The position numbers were made by a program, and so were the translations under genes. Positions 35,677 through 37,039 of a DNA stretch of 37,039 nt are shown here, piece after piece. The notes below the pieces were generated by a model, which was given only the letters and a program-made list of their open reading frames with translations, did not search any database and was not told where the DNA came from. Numbering within the stretch: position 1 is the stretch's first letter; the number at the start of each line of letters is the position of its first letter. This stretch comes from Nemertoderma westbladi (taxonomy: Eukaryota > Animalia > Xenacoelomorpha), in NCBI GenBank assembly GCA_032718475.1, contig JAUCBJ010001910.1, forward strand, positions 1-37,039, given 5' to 3'.

Positions 35677-36564
35677 GGTAAACGGACCGTTTGTATCCAG
35701 ATAAGTTGTATCCAATTTTCCTTTCGTAGCTCAGAAAGTGATCTTTTGCATCCCGATTTTACATTTTATATCCAAGTTTTATTTATGGGTTTTATCAATG
35801 CAATTACATCGTATTGTTTGCTAATCTTTAAACAATTAATTATATTAGATGACCTATAAATTCCATCCCCGGAATTATATACTGCTTTTATTAACTATAG
35901 AATTATAATAATTAATTGTTTTAATTATAGGTATTATTACGTAATAGTCTTCTTCAAATTGTAGCAGATGGGGATGAATATTATTGTTGCAATCAAAATT
36001 ATACCTCTCCAGGGTAAAATCGACATGCGTCGACCTGTATTCTGTGTTCAGCATTACATATTGATATACATATTACTATACATACTATATAGATATTATA
36101 CACACTACATATTAAATTTCCTGGTTACTTGCAATATTTTTAATAGGATTTTGTTGAATTATGTAATATTGTAGTAATTTATATATTAAATTGGTTAACA
36201 TTCAATACAGCTCCTACTTTAGGCTTAGTCAATTTATTATCTGATGATACAAACATGAATTAATTATTTCAAAGTGGTCTTAAGTCTTTCACCACGGGCA
36301 CTCAGGGAAATGCCGGGGTCTAGGGGCGATAACCCCCAATAAAAGAAGTGGGGGTTTGGGGGCGGCAGCCCCCAAGAAAAGAAGCGGGGGTTTGGGGGCG
36401 GCAGCCCCCAAGAAAAGAAGCGGGGGTTTGGGGGCGGCAGCCCCCAATTAAAAGAAATTAAAAGAATTAAAGGAATTAAAAGAAAAACAAACAAAATTTG
36501 ACTATAAAAATGTTTCTTTTATAATTTTGAAAAAACTTGTCTAGATACAACTTGTCCTGTAACC
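35677..36564. mobile_element. Inner element with imperfect inverted termini
   Basis: GGTAAACGGACCGTTTGTATCCAGATAAGTTG on the left vs AAACTTGTCTAGATACAACTTGTCCTGTAACC on the right. Confidence 0.55.
36314..36446. repeat. 36-bp G-rich tandem repeat (about 3.5 units) with GGGGGC-GGCA-GCCCCC hairpins
   Basis: Unit AGAAAAGAAGCGGGGGTTTGGGGGCGGCAGCCCCCA, read directly. Confidence 0.9.
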
Positions 36565-37039
36565 ATCTTTAACTTTTGTTTATTGCTTTGAAGCACCCAG
36601 ATTAATTTTAACACTTTAACTGGGGGGGAAGTGTCCGGGGGGCAAGTGTCCGGGGGGGAAGTGTCCTACTTGGGCGGGGGGGAAGTGTCCTATATCCGTA
36701 GTGGAGGGATGAGTCAGTGTCCAACCCAATGCGACCTTTACTAATGTTAGTAAAGGTCGCGCCTTTGGTCCAATCATTGTGTAGATGTCTATAGATTCCT
36801 GATAGGCTTACTGCAGTTAATTGGTGCCTCAGATAGATATTGGATAGTTCCAACTTCCAAGGCTGCTTGCTATCACCATACTTACCTGTCTGGCACCTTT
36901 AACCCCCTACCCCTGTTAAGAGTAGTCAGTTTTCAGTATATGTTACTATTAGTATTCAGGAGAGATTTAGAAGTTTATTAGTCATTATAAACTACCCCGA
37001 GACGGCAGGGCTTACATTGCATCATTGCTTTATTATATT

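Larger units (their letters stand above)
35426..36697. mobile_element. Non-autonomous DNA transposon with terminal inverted arrays of GGACACTTCCCCCCC (Mutator/foldback-like)
   Basis: Left array 35433-35635 and inverted right array 36622-36690. Both ends read GG-N5-GGACAC. No clear TSD. Confidence 0.75.

Noticed and set aside
35382-35715. Pro/Gly-rich ORFs (also 36264-36494 and 36608-36853)
   Set aside because: Translations of transposon terminal or internal tandem repeats.
36880-36888. Perfect minus-strand splice donor CAGGTAAGT as a 5' UTR exon of paralog 2
   Set aside because: No matching acceptor was identified before the ATG, and a similar match occurs by chance in the RTE fragment at ~35403. 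Transcript data would be needed.

Overview
AT-rich animal (probably invertebrate) genomic DNA, not prokaryotic. Two same-strand, intronless SLC18B1-like MFS transporter paralogs bracket the window: 377-1690 is intact, and 33445-34754 carries a single 1-nt frameshift. The ~31.7 kb between them is mostly repeats. In order: a decayed CRE-like (restriction-like endonuclease) non-LTR element split by nested non-autonomous insertions; a 37-bp satellite (4923-5141 and ~9640-25508, about 430 units, with higher-order structure) interrupted near its left edge by an L2-group LINE, which itself contains a younger antisense L2 LINE with an 862-codon open frame; BEL/Pao LTR-retrotransposon relics; a 36-bp minisatellite; a 321-bp foldback palindrome; a hAT-type MITE with a perfect 8-bp TSD; and RTE-like fragments. 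Nested DNA-transposon-like elements with inverted termini lie at the right end. I found no convincing new enzymatic or defence system. The most promising leads are the satellite's higher-order organisation between the duplicated genes, the patchwork identity of the paralogs, and CTCF-like sites carried by a transposable element. Family calls rest on motif recognition by eye; no database searches were run.
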